From Phormidesmis sp. (GTDB lineage: Bacteria > Cyanobacteriota > Cyanobacteriia > Leptolyngbyales > Leptolyngbyaceae), in the NCBI GenBank assembly GCA_965248535.1, contig CBDFJR010000005.1, positions 1,728,001 through 1,792,000 on the forward strand: a stretch of DNA of 64,000 nucleotides, in the 5' to 3' direction. Below the pieces are notes generated by a model. It ran no database searches. It was not told the origin of the DNA and saw only the letters and a list, made by a program, of their open reading frames with translations. The position numbers and the translations under genes are program-made. Of the stretch, positions 60,696 through 64,000 are shown in pieces; the stretch's first letter is position 1; each line of letters starts with the position of its first letter.

Positions 60696-60916
60696 CCCAG
60701 TTGTCTGGTTAGTGATCTGGTGGGGACGATCGTAAATAAAGCCATCATTTAGCCCTCAAAAAACGGTGAAAACTACAACAAGTTAGCCCTTTTGAGATGA
60801 CTTCTAAAGGCAGATCGATAGAATTTTATTCTGAGTTAGCAAATCATAAAGTTCCTCAACTAAACCCAACTTCCTAGCAACAAAGAATGTAACAGTCAAT
60901 TAATAAAAATAAAAAG

Positions 60917-60930
60917 GTATTCTACTATAC
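60917..60930 (+). promoter_or_regulatory. NtcA binding site upstream of amt
   Basis: GTA-TTCTACTA-TAC preceded by an A-tract. amt1 is a known NtcA target. The -10 match at the usual spacing is weak. Confidence 0.75.
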
Positions 60931-61025
60931 AGAATTAACTGGTGTAAAACTGTGGAATTCAATGATATCAATCAGGTTCGGTCATAGCCGAATTAGAGTT
61001 CTTGGCGTTGAGGGTTGAAAGTCCA

Positions 61026-62447
61026 GTGTTGAATAAAATCTTAATGACGGGGCTGGCAGCGCTAGCACTGCTGAATGGTCCTTTGATTTCAAGTGCCTTG
61101 GCTGCTGATGATCCGATCAAAGTCGCGACAGATGCAGCGGCAGCAGCCCAAGTTTCGGGAGACACGGCATTCATGCTGATCTCGTCAGCCCTCGTGTTGT
61201 TGATGACTCCTGGGCTGGCCTTTTTCTACGGCGGCTTTGTCAGAACGCGCAACGTCCTCAACACCATGATGATGAGCTTCATTCTCATGGGCATTGTGGG
61301 CACCTCCTGGATCTTGTGGGGCTATAGCCTTGCATTTGCCCCAGGAACGCCATTTATCGGCGGCTTGCAGTGGTTGTTCTTAAACGGGGTTGGGTTAGAC
61401 ACAACCGACTACCTCAAAGGCACTCCACCAGATGCAGTCGTGTCTTATGCGGCGACCATTCCCCACCAAGCGTTCATGATTTATCAGGCAATGTTTGCCA
61501 TCATCACCCCGGCGCTGATTTCTGGGGCGATCGTTGAGCGCGTGAGCTTTAAGGCTTATTTCTGGTTTATCGTGATCTGGTCTAGCGTTCTCTACCCAAT
61601 TTTTGCTCACATGGTTTGGGCAAAGGGTGGTTTCCTTGGCTTGTATGGTGGCATCGGTGCCCTAGACTTTGCAGGCGGAACTGTGGTGCACATTAGCTCT
61701 GGCGTTTCGGCACTGGTAGCAGCTTGGGTGATTGGCCCTCGCAAAACCTATCCGAGTCAGCCTGCTGCGCCCCACAACGTGCCCTTTATTTTGCTAGGCG
61801 CGGGCTTGCTGTGGTTTGGCTGGTTTGGCTTTAACGCTGGAAGTGCGCTAGCGTCTGGCTCTCTAGCAACGGTGGCGTTTGTGGCGACTAACACAGCGAC
61901 GGCGGCAGCGGCTCTGATGTGGGTGATTTTAGAATGGGTGCTGCGCGGCAAGCCAACAGCCGTTGGCATCGCGACGGGTGCAGTTGCAGGTTTGGTGGGC
62001 GTAACGCCTGCTGCCGGGTTTGTGACCCCCATTGGCGCACTGCTGATTGGGGCGATCACTGCAACGGTCTGTTTCTTTGCGGTCAGCCTAAAGGCAAAGC
62101 TGCAATTTGATGATTCCTTAGACACCTTCCCAGTTCACGGGGTGGGCGGCACGACGGGCGCGCTCTTAACTGGGCTTTTCGCGACCAAAGCGGTGAACTC
62201 GGCGGGGGGCGACGGCTTGTTTTATGGCAATCCGGGTCAGGTGGTGACTCAGCTAATCGCGATCGTGATCACCTATTTGATCGCCGGGATCGGTACGTTT
62301 GTGATTCTCAAGGCTCTTGATGCCACGATCGGGCTGCGGGTCAAGCCAGAGGTTGAATATGACGGGTTAGATATCAGTGAACACGGCGAAGAAGGCTATG
62401 GCGAGGAGATGTCTTCTGGCTTGAGCTTGACTCGAAGTGAATCTTAG
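61026..62447 (+). CDS. amt1: Ammonium transporter Amt1
   Basis: LMTPGLAFFYGG, FA.ITPALISGA..ER, DFAGGTVVH, WFGWFGFN.GS, DDSLD.F.VHG. Start uncertain. Confidence 0.96.
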   Translation: MLNKILMTGLAALALLNGPLISSALAADDPIKVATDAAAAAQVSGDTAFMLISSALVLLMTPGLAFFYGGFVRTRNVLNTMMMSFILMGIVGTSWILWGYSLAFAPGTPFIGGLQWLFLNGVGLDTTDYLKGTPPDAVVSYAATIPHQAFMIYQAMFAIITPALISGAIVERVSFKAYFWFIVIWSSVLYPIFAHMVWAKGGFLGLYGGIGALDFAGGTVVHISSGVSALVAAWVIGPRKTYPSQPAAPHNVPFILLGAGLLWFGWFGFNAGSALASGSLATVAFVATNTATAAAALMWVILEWVLRGKPTAVGIATGAVAGLVGVTPAAGFVTPIGALLIGAITATVCFFAVSLKAKLQFDDSLDTFPVHGVGGTTGALLTGLFATKAVNSAGGDGLFYGNPGQVVTQLIAIVITYLIAGIGTFVILKALDATIGLRVKPEVEYDGLDISEHGEEGYGEEMSSGLSLTRSES

Positions 62448-62480
62448 ACGCTCTGGCTTTTAAGCCGGAGGCTGATTAAA

Positions 62481-62538
62481 ATCAAAGGCTCCAGAGGGTG
62501 ACTCTCGGTTGAGAAGGGTCAGATCTGGAGCCTTTGAT
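62481..62538. terminator. Long inverted repeat between convergent amt and petN operon
   Basis: ATCAAAGGCTCCAGA ... TCTGGAGCCTTTGAT. Confidence 0.65.
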
Positions 62539-62552
62539 TAGTTTAAAAGAGG

Positions 62553-62687
62553 TTATTTTCCTCTGGCTTTTTCTTGTCGGCGGCGATCGCGCCAATCACT
62601 TAGAGTCAGGTAGGCAATTCCACCCGTGACGATAATCAACAACCCAAATGCGACCACTACAAGAATGCTAAATTCTGTTGATTCCAC
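62553..62687 (-). CDS. 44-aa single-TM small protein downstream of petN
   Basis: GGGGG RBS and GTG start. MESTEFSILVVVAFGLLIIVTGGIAYLTLSDWRDRRRQEKARGK. Confidence 0.75.
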   Translation of the reverse strand: MESTEFSILVVVAFGLLIIVTGGIAYLTLSDWRDRRRQEKARGK

Positions 62688-62704
62688 AGTGCCCCCAGCG
62701 TTGT

Positions 62705-62794
62705 TTAGAAGCCGTTGCGACCCCAGATGACCATTGAAATTGAGAATGTAAACACCGCCAGCATTGAAACCCAGCCCAACGTCAAAATATCCAT
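62705..62794 (-). CDS. petN: Cytochrome b6f subunit PetN
   Basis: [29 protein letters not shown]. Confidence 0.96.
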   Translation of the reverse strand: MDILTLGWVSMLAVFTFSISMVIWGRNGF

Positions 62795-62892
62795 AGCAAT
62801 AGTAAAAACATTACGAAAGGATGCTAATCACTATCATAATTCAAAGGCGTGATAGCTTTACTTTGGGTTTGAGAATCGCCCGTGCAGATTGA

Positions 62893-63345
62893 ATGGATTC
62901 AGACATGATGTTGGCAGAGCGGATCGAGTCAATTAAGTCGGGAGTGGTGGCTTCTCTATCGGTGGCGATCGCGTTTTGTGGCGCATCTTTGCTCAACCGT
63001 CTGATCTTGGCGACTCGGTTTGAGCCGTTGGCGGGGTTGCAAATGTCGGCGATCGGGGTCAGTTTTTTGGTGAGTGGCGCGATCGCCGCGATCGCGGGCG
63101 GGTTGTTTGGCATCACCTATCGCTATGTGGTGCGGCAAGATCAAAACTCGCACCTCAAATCAGGGGCGGTCTTAGCCTTTGGGCTGGTGCGCGGGCTGGC
63201 GCAGATTGATGTCGGCGTGATGACTCAAGGAAGTTTGTTGCCGTTTGTCGTGCTGGCCCTAGAAAGTGTTTTACTCTTCGCGGTGGCTCGTGTGGTGCTC
63301 GATCGCACCATGCGTAATGGGTGGGTGAGACCCTTCAAATCTTGA
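62893..63345 (+). CDS. Conserved hypothetical membrane protein
   Basis: ERIESIK.G, LFGITYRYVVRQD.N.HLKSGAVLAFGLVRGLA. Confidence 0.75.
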   Translation: MDSDMMLAERIESIKSGVVASLSVAIAFCGASLLNRLILATRFEPLAGLQMSAIGVSFLVSGAIAAIAGGLFGITYRYVVRQDQNSHLKSGAVLAFGLVRGLAQIDVGVMTQGSLLPFVVLALESVLLFAVARVVLDRTMRNGWVRPFKS

Positions 63346-63357
63346 GCAGATTTAGAG

Positions 63358-64000
63358 TTAAAGGGTGAATTCTTCAACGGCTGCATTGCCGTAGATCTGG
63401 GTGCGATCGACCGCTGAGAAGATTTTGTTATTGGCCCGATCGCTCCCTAAACAACGGCAAACCAAGTCTGCCACATCAGCCCGGTGAATGGTTCCCGCAA
63501 TGGTGGGATCTTCGGTGAGTATCCCATTTCCGGTCGCAGGTTCAGACTTTAAGCCGCCCGGTCGGATGATCGTGTAGGTCAATCCACTAGACATCAAATA
63601 GTGCTCGGCTTTTTCTTTTTCTGCCAACACGTCTTTTAAAGCTTCAAAGGCTTGGGGCGGCAGAGCAGCGGCGCTTTCACCACTCCCGATCGAGGTGACT
63701 AAAATAAATCGTTTTACGCCCGCTTTGACGGCCGCATCGATCAGATTTTTGTTGCCCCGATAGTCAGCGCGATCGCCATCTTTAGGCTTGCCGCCGATCG
63801 TGCTAATCACTGTTTCGATCGGGCTTCCTGCCAAGGCTTGATCGATTTGTTCGGGATAGAGGGCATCTCCGATCGCCGTTTTAACCCCCATTGTCTGCAC
63901 CTCAGCCGCCACCGATGCTGATCTTAAGAACGCTTTGATCATCGAACGATCGACCAGCAGCGCTTTGAGAATCTCTCGCCCGATTCCCTGGCTTGCCCCA
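63358..64000 (-). CDS. NAD(P)-binding atypical SDR (NmrA-like), 5'-truncated by window
   Basis: Frame extends to the window edge with GASQGIG; GN.NLIDAA, TIIRPGGL, I.RADVA. Confidence 0.88.
   Translation of the reverse strand, partial: GASQGIGREILKALLVDRSMIKAFLRSASVAAEVQTMGVKTAIGDALYPEQIDQALAGSPIETVISTIGGKPKDGDRADYRGNKNLIDAAVKAGVKRFILVTSIGSGESAAALPPQAFEALKDVLAEKEKAEHYLMSSGLTYTIIRPGGLKSEPATGNGILTEDPTIAGTIHRADVADLVCRCLGSDRANNKIFSAVDRTQIYGNAAVEEFTL

Noticed and set aside
59305..60900. tmRNA (ssrA) next to smpB
   Set aside because: No tRNA-like ends or tag-peptide reading frame recognised.

Overview
Chromosomal segment of a cyanobacterium. HIP1 octamers (GCGATCGC) are very dense, and the gene content suggests a filamentous Leptolyngbya-like lineage (inference). 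Most of the window is core genome: panC-cmk, lipA, psaX, trpA, ndhL, an intron-less tRNA-Leu(UAA), larC, ctp, pilT2, atpD-atpC, ndhCKJ, rubA-ycf48-psbEFLJ, psaI, psaL, hisS, pedR, uvrA, smpB, amt1 and petN. The best candidate for an undescribed system is an AT-rich, HIP1-free three-gene island at about 16970-19350 on the minus strand. It encodes a TIGR04255-family protein, a helical protein with a disordered N-terminus, and a 173-aa protein with ADP-ribosyltransferase (CmdT-like) motifs. This resembles a chaperone-antitoxin-toxin anti-phage module, and it abuts a truncated vapC (PIN) remnant. Other points of interest are a roughly 60-nt candidate sRNA upstream of smpB with a LexA-like box over its -10 element, and a doubly frameshifted Rpn-like gene with an intact internal small ORF. 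There is also a hicB remnant fused to a 21-bp tandem repeat, a membrane-spanning HEAT-NACHT-HEAT protein, a PP2C / CHAT-FHA signalling cluster, and several small ORFs missing from the ORF track. All family assignments come from motif recognition; no searches were run.
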